From an uncultured bacterium (GTDB lineage: Bacteria > RBG-13-61-14 > CAYWKU01): 64,000 nt of DNA. Under the pieces are notes generated by a model, which saw only the letters and a program-made list of their open reading frames with translations, did not search any database and was not told the DNA's origin. Below, in pieces: positions 17,896-26,927 of the stretch (position 1 is its first letter; every line of letters begins with the position of its first letter). Both the position numbers and the translations under genes were made by a program. The stretch covers positions 158,040 through 222,039 of the forward strand of contig CAYWKU010000001.1 in assembly GCA_964459325.1 (NCBI GenBank), given 5' to 3'.

Positions 17896-18762
17896 TTATG
17901 GAGAAGACTTGAACTTTTCATCCAGCTCGTACTTTTCCTTAACGCTAATCATCCGGGTGAAATCGTCGAACGTCATCATCTTGTGCTGTATGTCGAAAGT
18001 GTACCCGTGCTCCGGCAGGTGCTCGTAAGTATCGGATAATGCTTTCGGCGCCGCAAACAGGCCTGAGAGGACGTAACCGACGCTGATGAATCCGAATTGG
18101 CGGACTTCTTCGAGTGGCAAGAGAGGCGTTTTGCCGCCCTCTATCATGTTCACCACCAGCGGCCCGGGCACTTCGGCGGCAATCCTTTTCATCACGTCCA
18201 CGCTCTTGGGAGCTTCGATGAAAATCAGGTTCGCTCCCGCTTCCTTGTAGGCGTTGCCTCAGCGGATGGCTTCGTCCAGCCCAAGCGGCTCGCGGCCGTC
18301 TGTGCGGGCGGTGATGGCGACCTGAGCGTCCCCCTTTGCCTCGACGGCGGCCCGTATTTTGGCGATGTGCTCTTCGGCGGGAACCACCGATTTGCCGCGC
18401 ATGTGGCCGCACCTTTTGGGCCAGGTCTGGTCTTCGAGTAGCACGCCCCTCACGCCCATCCGTATAGCTTCTTTGACCATGCGCATAACGTTGAGTGCGC
18501 CGCCGTAGCCGGTGTCGCCGTCCATTACCACCGGGATGTTTACCGCGTTCACCACCCTCCAGGCGGTATCGAGTATTTGCGTCTGGGACATTATGCCGAA
18601 CTCCCGTTCTCCAAGCAGGGAGGCGGCCACTCCGAAGCCGGTCAGCACTACCGACCTGAACCCCGCCCGCTCGGCCAGTTTTGCGCTCAGGGCATCGTAA
18701 ACCCCCGCCACCAGGATAACCTGGTTGTCGCGCACCAAGGGGTGCATTTTCGGCTCAGTCAT
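17896..18762 (-). pseudogene. isocitrate lyase/PEP mutase family (2-methylisocitrate lyase PrpB-like) gene interrupted by an in-frame TGA
   Basis: N-terminal part 18259-18762 and C-terminal part 17896-18201 are in the same frame. A TGA at 18259-18261 sits where PrpB has AIERAQAYVEAGAD (here AIR*GNAYKEAGAN). Confidence 0.65.
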
Positions 18763-18862
18763 CGATTTTCTCCTTCTTTAACCGTCGCTTTACTTTCGGC
18801 CAAGCATATTTTAATTTTCAATGTAACATAAAAGGCACAAAAAATCAGGAGGAAAATAGCGT

Positions 18863-20104
18863 ATGCGGGACGTTTATATTATCGGTGTGGGCATGATTCG
18901 TTTCGGCAAGTACCTGGAGCGGAACATGAAATCGCTGGCCGGGGATGCCGTCGACGCGGCCTTGGAGCATGCCGGCGTGGAGAAAAAGGATATTCAGGTG
19001 GCCGCGGTGGGGAACGCTTACCAGGGTCTGGTGACCGGGCAGGAGTCCATCCGCGGGCAGGTGGTGTTGAGGAGCATGGGGATAGGCGACATCCCGGTCA
19101 CAAACGTGGAAAACGCCTGCGCCTCCAGCTCCACCGCAATGCAGGTGACGTGGATGGACATCGCCCTGGGCCTTCACGACGTCGGCCTGGCTTTGGGGAT
19201 GGAAAAGATGTACATGGAAGACCGCGAAAAGCGCCTGTCGCTGTTCGGCTCCTCCATGGACGTGGAAGTCATGGAAAAAGTTATGGAAATGATAAGAAAG
19301 GCCTCCGGCGGGGGCAAGGATAAATCCTCCGGGGACGACGACCCGAAGAAGCCGAAGAAGCGCTCGGCCTTCATGGACGTTTACGCGGCGGGCGCCAGAA
19401 GCTGGATGGAGCAGTACGGGCTTACACAGCGCCATTTCGCTATGGTGGCTTCCAAGAACCACACCAACGGCTCGCTGAACCCTTACTCGCAGTATCAGAA
19501 GCCCATGACGGTGGAGGATATTCTGGCCGAGCCGGAGGTTTCGTACCCTCTGACGCGGCCAATGTGCTCGCCCATCGGGGACGGCGCGGCGGCGGCCATT
19601 TTGTGCTCCGGCGATTTCCTGAAGAAAATCGGCGCCGAAAAGCCCGTAAAAATTCGTGCGATTACGCTGGGCAGCGGCATGGACAGGCCGCTCGAAGACC
19701 CGGATTTGGGGGTGAGGCTGTCGAAGAGGGCTTACGAGCAGGCGGGGGTCGGGCCGGAAGACGTCGACGTGGCGGAAGTGCACGACGCCAGCGCCTGGAG
19801 CGAGATACGGGCTTATCAGCAGATGGGATTCTGCGAAGAGGGCGAGGGCGGTAAGTTCATCGAAGAAGGCCATTCCTATATCGGGGGCAAGCTGCCGGTC
19901 AACCCCTCGGGCGGGCTGGAATCCAAGGGCCATCCGGTGGGGGCTACGGGAGTGGCGCAGGTTGCCGAGATTGTGTGGCAGCTACGGGGAGAGGCCGGCA
20001 AGCGGCAGGTGGACAACCCGAGGATTGGTATGACCGAAAACGGCGGAGGAAATATCGGAGTGGAAGAGGCCAGCATGGTGATAACCATTCTGGAGAAGGT
20101 TTAG
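18863..20104 (+). CDS. thiolase-domain protein (archaeal/SCP-x type acetyl-CoA acetyltransferase-like)
   Basis: IIGVGMIRFGK start, active-site Cys context NVENACASSSTAMQ and a C-terminal GATG motif. Confidence 0.75.
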   Translation: MRDVYIIGVGMIRFGKYLERNMKSLAGDAVDAALEHAGVEKKDIQVAAVGNAYQGLVTGQESIRGQVVLRSMGIGDIPVTNVENACASSSTAMQVTWMDIALGLHDVGLALGMEKMYMEDREKRLSLFGSSMDVEVMEKVMEMIRKASGGGKDKSSGDDDPKKPKKRSAFMDVYAAGARSWMEQYGLTQRHFAMVASKNHTNGSLNPYSQYQKPMTVEDILAEPEVSYPLTRPMCSPIGDGAAAAILCSGDFLKKIGAEKPVKIRAITLGSGMDRPLEDPDLGVRLSKRAYEQAGVGPEDVDVAEVHDASAWSEIRAYQQMGFCEEGEGGKFIEEGHSYIGGKLPVNPSGGLESKGHPVGATGVAQVAEIVWQLRGEAGKRQVDNPRIGMTENGGGNIGVEEASMVITILEKV

Positions 20105-20221
20105 CCTGCCCCTTAAAATAGATTATGAGAGAGACTAATAGAGGCCGTTGCAAAACAGGCTTCAGGGGGAGAAAAGGCTTTTTTTCTGTAGCTTCCCGAG
20201 AATGTCTTTTCCAGACAAGGG

Positions 20222-20270
20222 GTTTTAACCCCTTGAAATTCAAGGGGCTGAAGCCCCTTGTCCATTCGAG
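20222..20270. repeat. Repeat C copy 1 (GACAAGGGG..CCCCTTGTC palindromic element, two nested hairpins)
   Basis: GACAAGGGGTTTTAACCCCTTG + CAAGGGGCTGAAGCCCCTTGTC, between convergent genes. Confidence 0.6.
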
Positions 20271-20365
20271 GTTCTTTTTCGGCGCGATGAAGGTCGACAC
20301 ATCCCAAACGAAAAAACATAATTCTGCAACAGCCTCTATCAGGGTGTTGAAAAATGCTATTTTTC

Positions 20366-20441
20366 GTAACGCCCGGACGGGCAAAAGGCGCCTTAATAAA
20401 ATCAGCTACTTACAAGTGCCGCCAAGGATGGCGGCGTTACG
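20366..20441. repeat. Repeat B copy 2 (76 bp) nested in the inverted repeat GGGTGTTGAAAAATG...CTTTTTCAACACCC (20342-20463)
   Basis: Same termini and CTTACAAG core as copy 1. The internal stem is GCCGCC/GGCGGC instead of CCACCG/CGGTGG, which is a compensatory change. Confidence 0.7.
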
Positions 20442-20453
20442 TTTCTGACTTTT

Positions 20454-21797
20454 TCAACACCCTGTTAGGGGCACGGCTTCCAGGTCGTAAACGAAGGCGT
20501 CGGTAATTTCGACGGTAAGTCTTTCCCCCGGTTCAAAGTAGTTGTCCGGCAAGTAAATTTCCCCGTCCACTTCCGGAGCGTGGAACACGGAGCGGGCCGC
20601 AATCCGGCCTTCGGCCTCTTCGGAAGGCCCGTCCACCAGCGCCTCGACTCTCTTGCCTACCCAGTCCCGGTTTATTTCCCAGCTTATCTCTTGTTGGAGC
20701 CTCATAATTATGTCGAGTCTTTCGGCTTTTATCCTTTCGGGCACTTGTCCCGGCATGTTGTAAGCGGGAGTGTTTTCTTCCCTGGAGTAAGCGAACGCCC
20801 CCAGCCGCTCCAGCCTCCGGGTGCGCACGAAATCCGCGAGTTGCTCGAATTCGCTTTCGGTTTCACCGGGAAATCCCACCATGACCGTAGTCCTGATGAC
20901 GGCGCCGGGGATTATTCGCCTGATTGTATTTATCGTGTTTTCGAGTTCAACTCGCGAGCCCGGCCTTCCCATTCTTTTAAGCACCGAATCTGCGGCGTGT
21001 TGAACGGGGATATCCACGTAAGGGCAAATGTTCGGGAAGGAGGCGATAGTTTCCAACACATCCTCCTTCAGGTGAGCCGGATGAGAATACATGACCCGTA
21101 TCCATGTGTCGGGTAAGGCGTTTGCCGTTTTTTTCAGCAGGTGCGCCAGTTTTTGTTTTCCATAACGGTCGATGCCGTACATTGCAGTGTCCTGACCGAC
21201 CAGGACTATCTCTTTTGCTCCCATCTCGACCATTTCGGTGGCCTCGGCTATGATGTGGGAGGTGGGTCGGGAGCGGAAGTCGCCTTTTATGGCGGGAATT
21301 GTGCAGTATGCGCAACGATTTTTGCATCCTTCGCTTATTTTTACATAAGAAAACGGTTCGTCCCCCAGACTGCGCCGGGGTTCCTTTCGGGGGAGAAAGC
21401 CTTTTCGGGGCGGTAAAGTGAATCTCCTCTTGTGTTGCAGCGCATTCTCTATTATTCGAGGTAGTTTGCGATAATCGGTGGCCGAAACCCATGCGTCTAC
21501 CCCGGGAAGGGCTTCGCCGATGTCTGTTTCCCCGCGATGCCTTTCGGGCATGCAGCCCGCCACCACCAGGGCTTTAACCTCCCCCCCGTATTTGTGCTCC
21601 TGGAGTTCCACCAGGGTTTCCGCGCTTTCCTCCTCTGCGTCGCGCACAAAGGCGCAGGTAAACAGAAGGGCGACATCGGCGGGGCCGTCGGAGTCGACTA
21701 TGCCGTAGCCTTCCTTTTCCAGCAGGCCGGCTACGGTTTCGGCGTCCGCGCGGTTCTTGGCGCATCCGAGGATGAGAATTTTTACGCTTGCCGCCAT
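20454..21797 (-). CDS. rimO: ribosomal protein S12 methylthiotransferase (MiaB/RimO family radical SAM)
   Basis: N-terminal MTTase domain, radical SAM CKNRCAYC and a C-terminal TRAM-like domain. Confidence 0.8.
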   Translation of the reverse strand: MAASVKILILGCAKNRADAETVAGLLEKEGYGIVDSDGPADVALLFTCAFVRDAEEESAETLVELQEHKYGGEVKALVVAGCMPERHRGETDIGEALPGVDAWVSATDYRKLPRIIENALQHKRRFTLPPRKGFLPRKEPRRSLGDEPFSYVKISEGCKNRCAYCTIPAIKGDFRSRPTSHIIAEATEMVEMGAKEIVLVGQDTAMYGIDRYGKQKLAHLLKKTANALPDTWIRVMYSHPAHLKEDVLETIASFPNICPYVDIPVQHAADSVLKRMGRPGSRVELENTINTIRRIIPGAVIRTTVMVGFPGETESEFEQLADFVRTRRLERLGAFAYSREENTPAYNMPGQVPERIKAERLDIIMRLQQEISWEINRDWVGKRVEALVDGPSEEAEGRIAARSVFHAPEVDGEIYLPDNYFEPGERLTVEITDAFVYDLEAVPLTGC

Positions 21798-21842
21798 AAA
21801 GTTTATTTATAAGGTTTCCGGAAAAGTTTTTCCAGGGGCCGC

Positions 21843-22490
21843 CTAGACGCCCGTTTGGTCTCCGCTGATTCCGTTATGGATTATATGATATAGATGCTCG
21901 GTAATCGGTTCGCTGTTATCGAAATTTACAAAGGGAACTACGTTGGTTTTTTTGAGTATTTTGTACACAACAAAGTATGAGTTGATGGCCCCGAAAACGA
22001 AATATGCGACGTGAATAGGCGAGTTTGCTCTGTCAAACAATCCCGTGTCAATGCCCTCCTGTACGACATCCGTAATTATAGCCATGACCTGAATGAAATA
22101 CCGCTCCAGAACATCCCCCACGTGTGCGAAATTGGAACCCAGCTCCCTCACTATAATTTCGGTAACCTCGGGCTCGGAAATGTAGAATTCTACCGTATAC
22201 TTGACGAATGCCCTGAGCCTTTTATCCGCTCCCTTTTCGTTATACACCCCTTCGCGGAGACGGTTGAGAAATCTTATGTTTGAAATCTCGATAATTTCCT
22301 GAAAAAGGGCCAGCTTTCCGCCGTAGTAATAGCTCACCATTGCCCGGTTGACGCCCGCTTGCTTACAGATAAGGGAGACCGTAGTGCGCTCATAGCCAAA
22401 CTCGGCGAACAGCTTGCGGCTGGCATCCAGTATTCTCGAACGGGGATGCTCCGCTTCTATCGAGTAATCCATATCGGCCATATTTCCCAC
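21843..22490 (-). CDS. TetR family transcriptional regulator
   Basis: HTH TTVSLICKQAGVNRAMVSYYYGGK. Confidence 0.8.
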   Translation of the reverse strand: MGNMADMDYSIEAEHPRSRILDASRKLFAEFGYERTTVSLICKQAGVNRAMVSYYYGGKLALFQEIIEISNIRFLNRLREGVYNEKGADKRLRAFVKYTVEFYISEPEVTEIIVRELGSNFAHVGDVLERYFIQVMAIITDVVQEGIDTGLFDRANSPIHVAYFVFGAINSYFVVYKILKKTNVVPFVNFDNSEPITEHLYHIIHNGISGDQTGV

Positions 22491-23066
22491 TTTAATAGAG
22501 TATTAACATCTCTTTGACCTAAAAGCAATTAAATTTTGTCATTTGACCGATGGTAAAAAAGGAAAAATCGGAAGTACCCCCTATCCCGAACTCCTGGTTA
22601 AAACGCCCAATCAATTCTCCGGCTAGAATAACCCTATTTTACCACAAATGCTACCTTTGGGCTTATAATATGCCGCTTAAGCCGTTGAATTTTTCATCGG
22701 TTTTAGCTCCGGAGGCACAAAAAACCGTTTATTTTTGAAGTGTTAACTATATTTTATTGACATTCGGCTATATCGAAGTTACTCTATAAGAAAATGATAA
22801 ACAAGGTCTTTCAGCCTCGGAGGCCGATGGAAACCATTTAATTTCTGGGAGTTCAGAGAGAAAATTTTTCCTGTTTCAAACCAAGGTGAGCCTGTTGTGC
22901 TCTTGTAACTATTCCGGCAAGGGCGTGGAGTTCCTGTAATTTCGCTCACTTATATATTCCCCTTGCAGGAAGGGCTGAAGATTAAATCCGGTAGGCGCCC
23001 GGATAAGGCTATTAGTGAGTTAATGCAAAGTTTATCGAAGGAGAACAATTTAAACTGGTGAGTAAA

Positions 23067-23720
23067 ATGTCTTCCAACAAGTCCGCTCAAGCAGTCGAGA
23101 AAAAAACACAAAGCTACAACTGGTACAACGAGATAAATCAGGAAATCAACGAGTTTTTAAGGCTGGTCATCAGGCACAAGCGTCGGGGCGCCGTGCTGGA
23201 TATAGGCGAGGGCGAAGGCAAGTACGCCATCTATTTCGCCAGGCACGGATTTGAAGGCCACGGCATACACAACTCCTCGGAGGCTATAAAGAGGGCGCGC
23301 GCTTTCGCTTCCAAAACAGGAGTCAACGAAAGCACCCATTTCAGGGTGGGCGATGTTTTCGAATTGCCGTATCCAAGGCGATTTTTCGACGTGGTGGTGG
23401 ATTTCGGATGCCTCCATCACATCAGAAAAGGAGAATGGGACCGCTACTTCGAAAGCGTACTGTCGGTGATGAAAGATGAGGCCCTTTACAGCCTTACCGT
23501 GTATAACCTGAAGGACAGGCACGTGACCGGCCGCAAGCGCAATTACGTGGTGCATCAGGGCCACTACGATTACTTCTTCGGAAAAAAGGAGCTGCGCGAG
23601 TTATTGGAGCCTTTCTTCGAGATATTCAAAATCAGCGAAGAGTCGGTGTCAACCCCGGATGGCGAGAGCCATTGCTATTATCACGTCCACATGAAAAGGT
23701 TGCCGCCCGAGGAAGATTAG
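23067..23720 (+). CDS. class I SAM-dependent methyltransferase
   Basis: Motif I VLDIGEGEGKYAIYFARHG. RBS GGTGAG upstream of the ATG at 23067. Confidence 0.7.
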   Translation: MSSNKSAQAVEKKTQSYNWYNEINQEINEFLRLVIRHKRRGAVLDIGEGEGKYAIYFARHGFEGHGIHNSSEAIKRARAFASKTGVNESTHFRVGDVFELPYPRRFFDVVVDFGCLHHIRKGEWDRYFESVLSVMKDEALYSLTVYNLKDRHVTGRKRNYVVHQGHYDYFFGKKELRELLEPFFEIFKISEESVSTPDGESHCYYHVHMKRLPPEED

Positions 23721-23789
23721 CCTTCGGAAAACACCTATACATAGCGAAATAAATTCATGCGTATGGAGCATCCGGAAACCGAGATTTTC

Positions 23790-23940
23790 CCCGGGCTGAA
23801 ACCCGGGGCTTAAATATACATTTGACTGCTTCCTGCACTGAAGTGCAGGGTTTCCGGTTCCCGGGAAACCCCGGCTTTTAAGCCGGGGAGTTTCACATTT
23901 ACCTTTAAGCCCCGGATTTTAATCCGGGGTGTTGTGCGCT
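23790..23940. repeat. cluster of five stem-loops; three share the CCCCGG-N8-CCGGGG form
   Basis: 23790-23809, 23845-23860, 23859-23882, 23880-23899 and 23921-23940, between convergent genes. Confidence 0.6.
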
Positions 23941-23977
23941 TATTGCGCCGTGTATAAAAGCCCCGAAATTCGTGTAC

Positions 23978-25426
23978 TTAACGCCCGGGACGGTAAAGCC
24001 TGCGCCACACGACCGCCAGGAATGGAACAAGCAAAACGAGTATTATATCGGCGCCCGGTATCTCGGCCTCCCGGTAATTGCCGACTGCGCAGCCTCCGCT
24101 CAAACCCTCTTCACCGCCTACCGTGGGGAATCGGTTTACCGTAACCAGTGAAGCGGCGGTATAGCCGGAAACCAGCCCGTCCGAGGGGGTGACCTCCAGC
24201 AGGTAATATCCCGGCAAATCGGGAGTAAACGATGTGCATTCGCCGGAGGTCGAATCCAATACGGCAGAAGAACTCTCAGGTTTAACTTTAAGCTCCCATG
24301 AGTAGGTAATTTGGTCGCCGTCCGAGTCGCGGCCTTGTGCGCAGACGGTCTTTTTTCTCAGAGCCGTCGCCGACGATGAGTCTACGCTTACGTTAGGGGC
24401 CGTATTTGCAGGGTCATTCACTTGAATGGCCCCGTAGGCCATACCCGCCTTGTTGTCGGGATTGATAACCATCAGGTCGTAGCCCCCGACGCTTCCCGTG
24501 AGGTCCAGCTTCATTCCGAACTGCGAGTAATCGGCGAACGAAGTCACGCCGGCCGCAGGGTCGGCCACGGGGGCGTCGTTTTGGTACACGTCAACCTCGA
24601 TGTTATTAACGCCGTCGGTTTCGATGAATCCGTGCCCTTCGACCTGAATTCCGTTCATAACCGACCCCTGGCTTCCTATGACTTTGTCCCTGAATTGTGA
24701 GTCCCCCGAAACTTTAAAACCCGTCACTTGCGGCGCTGGAATGTCGGAGGCGGTTTCCGGGTACAAAAATCTCAACCCGTCAATATCGTCCCGGTGCAGG
24801 GTCGCCGCTCGAACCGTGCCCGGTCTTATAATGCCGAACATGGTTGAGTGGGAGTAAGTTTCGTCATAAAGGTCGTGCAGCATGCACACGTGCCCCAGCT
24901 CGTGAACGAGCACGCTCAAAAGGTCGATTTCCGCGGTGGTCGGAAAACCTTCCAGGCTCCAGTTGAAATTCACACCGTTTATCTGCACGTCGGTTTCCGT
25001 CACTTCGCCGGTATAGCTGTCGAAATTCGGGCTGACCCAGTATGTTATCGCCAGCGCGTATTCGGTCCAATGCCAGTGATTGCTGTCCGATATCCATATA
25101 ACGGAATTGTATCCGTCGTTTTTACATGATATGCCGCCGTTGCACGAAGTGCTCCCGGCGTTCTGAAAACCGATTGCGGCGCCCTCCACCGAGCTCCAGA
25201 TTTCCATGGCTTCGTTCAGAAGAACATCTGTGCCGGCGGGCGCCGATTGTAAGTCGTGGTTTATTTCCAATGGCGCCGGCGGGTCGCCGGGGGAGGGCTT
25301 CAGCCCTCCCGCCGTGGGTCTCCATGCGGGCACGTCCTCGCCGGTTCTCCATATTTGCCAGGCCGATGCCTGGGAATATATCAGCGTAATGCACAACGCT
25401 ATTGCGGCGATACGGAGCGTCTTCAT
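23978..25426 (-). CDS. secreted zinc metalloprotease (HExxH metzincin-like) with PKD-like domain and a C-terminal hydrophobic anchor plus basic tail
   Basis: Signal peptide. VHELGHVCMLHD plus an STMF Met-turn-like segment. ITYSWELKV is PKD-like. C-terminus ADIILVLLVPFLAVVWRRLYRPGR. Confidence 0.65.
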   Translation of the reverse strand: MKTLRIAAIALCITLIYSQASAWQIWRTGEDVPAWRPTAGGLKPSPGDPPAPLEINHDLQSAPAGTDVLLNEAMEIWSSVEGAAIGFQNAGSTSCNGGISCKNDGYNSVIWISDSNHWHWTEYALAITYWVSPNFDSYTGEVTETDVQINGVNFNWSLEGFPTTAEIDLLSVLVHELGHVCMLHDLYDETYSHSTMFGIIRPGTVRAATLHRDDIDGLRFLYPETASDIPAPQVTGFKVSGDSQFRDKVIGSQGSVMNGIQVEGHGFIETDGVNNIEVDVYQNDAPVADPAAGVTSFADYSQFGMKLDLTGSVGGYDLMVINPDNKAGMAYGAIQVNDPANTAPNVSVDSSSATALRKKTVCAQGRDSDGDQITYSWELKVKPESSSAVLDSTSGECTSFTPDLPGYYLLEVTPSDGLVSGYTAASLVTVNRFPTVGGEEGLSGGCAVGNYREAEIPGADIILVLLVPFLAVVWRRLYRPGR

Positions 25427-25947
25427 TCCGTTTCTCCGTTGCCGGGAGCGTTTTTGCGCACGGCGATAATGCGTTTGCGGGCGGCATCGAAGGTCATGCC
25501 GGGAGATTTTCCCCCGCCCGGCTTGTGCGATATGACCCTCCTGCCGGTGTCTTTTTCCACACGTGTGGGGTAATAGCCCTGGTTGAATCCCGTCAGGCGG
25601 TAAGTGTGCCCGGATACCTTATCCAGCATAAGAAGGTAGGTTCGGCCGATTTGCAGATGAACCGCACCGGCCACGTGGAGACGCTCGTTGCCCGGTTCGA
25701 GCAGGTAAATCGTCTCCGGCGCCGGGTTCCCCGCTATAAATTTCTCCACCTGCACTTTCAGCAGGGTGTGAGGATAGCCTTTCCAGTTAATATCCGTATC
25801 ATCGAGCGGAGTTGCGATAACAATCAAATCCGCCCGGCGGGCCTGCCGGTTGAAGTCCATCTCCACCACTACGGTGGCAAGCGTTACTGATGCGGACATA
25901 AGCACAAAAAGTAAAATCGAAAGTAAATACCTGGCCATTTTTCGCAT
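25423..25947 (-). CDS. secreted hypothetical protein (co-operonic with the metalloprotease)
   Basis: Signal peptide LLSILLFVLMSASVTLA; 4-bp overlap with the downstream gene. Confidence 0.45.
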   Translation of the reverse strand: MRKMARYLLSILLFVLMSASVTLATVVVEMDFNRQARRADLIVIATPLDDTDINWKGYPHTLLKVQVEKFIAGNPAPETIYLLEPGNERLHVAGAVHLQIGRTYLLMLDKVSGHTYRLTGFNQGYYPTRVEKDTGRRVISHKPGGGKSPGMTFDAARKRIIAVRKNAPGNGETE

Positions 25948-25999
25948 CCTTTCATTAAAAAAGTAGCATCGCGGCCCTCCGGGCGCAATTTAAGGCATA

Positions 26000-26824
26000 C
26001 TAAGTATGATTGCCGACGGTATGTTTGGCTATTATCCGCCTGAACATCTCCACCAGCCCCTGTGCCAGGAGGTAGGCGCCGCGGGCCTCGAGGTTGGATT
26101 CGATGGTGCGGTCGAAAAACAACCTGAATTCGGACTCGAACTTGCCTTCAGCCGGCCAGTAGCAGAAGAGAAAAGGAACTTTTGGGAGAGGATGGAGTAA
26201 GGACATGTGGGGCGCCGTGGGATATTCCGCGTGATACTCGCGACCGAACAGGTCAAGTATGTCGAGAAAAAGCTCCGTATGTTTATCGGCCATATCGTGA
26301 AATGCCTTATGGCAGCGGTGGGCATAGAAGTGGGCCCAGTCCCTTGCTTCCTTTAGTTCTTTGAATACCGTCCATTCCTCGACCGGGTCTTTTCCCGCGC
26401 CGAACAGGACGTATTGCAATAATGACACATGTATCCAGTGGTTGACGTGACATATGGTATGCAGCTCTCCCTCCTTGTCCAGCTCGAAGGGTTTACCCAG
26501 GCACCTTATCATAATCCCGCCATTTTTGATTTCCCCGCCCAATCTTTCGGCGGCTTCGGTGAAATCGACGTTACGTACCTGTCCCTTCAGCTCCTTGACT
26601 AACTGCTCCGCGCTGGTTTCTTCCGAAGCCTTTTCCTCGGCTAATTCGTTATTTATGCGCTCGATTATTTCCTCATCGAGGTACGGGCAGTCGCGGGGGT
26701 CTTTCTGTCCCCGGGAAACCAGTTGAGCGAAAGCCATACACGTGGACACACCGCATTCTCTACAATTAGTCCGGGGAGTGTGTTTCAATATGTACGGTGC
26801 GCTCAGGGTTACTTTCTGTTCCAT
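26000..26824 (-). CDS. Fe-S domain (C-x2-C-x4-C-x16-C, PF04060-like) protein, DUF3786-like
   Basis: N-terminal CRECGVSTCMAFAQLVSRGQKDPRDC matches the RnfB/CFeSP N-terminal Fe-S motif. Confidence 0.55.
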   Translation of the reverse strand: MEQKVTLSAPYILKHTPRTNCRECGVSTCMAFAQLVSRGQKDPRDCPYLDEEIIERINNELAEEKASEETSAEQLVKELKGQVRNVDFTEAAERLGGEIKNGGIMIRCLGKPFELDKEGELHTICHVNHWIHVSLLQYVLFGAGKDPVEEWTVFKELKEARDWAHFYAHRCHKAFHDMADKHTELFLDILDLFGREYHAEYPTAPHMSLLHPLPKVPFLFCYWPAEGKFESEFRLFFDRTIESNLEARGAYLLAQGLVEMFRRIIAKHTVGNHT

Positions 26825-26927
26825 GGTGTCACTCTCGAGTGTTTCAAATTAAATATCCATGTTTCAAGATTTGTATTTTAGACGAAGTTGTCAAGAAAAA
26901 AGATTCGAGTCGGGTTTTTACGAAAGC

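Noticed and set aside
18259-18261. Genome-wide UGA recoding
   Set aside because: Many confidently called genes here terminate with TGA (for example dusB), so the in-frame TGA in the prpB-like gene is local.
22491-23066. Riboswitch upstream of the SAM-dependent methyltransferase
   Set aside because: A long AT-rich leader with some hairpins but no recognisable conserved riboswitch core. It is more likely a TetR-regulated divergent promoter.
23790-23940. CRISPR array
   Set aside because: The hairpins are neither identical nor regularly spaced, and no cas genes are nearby.
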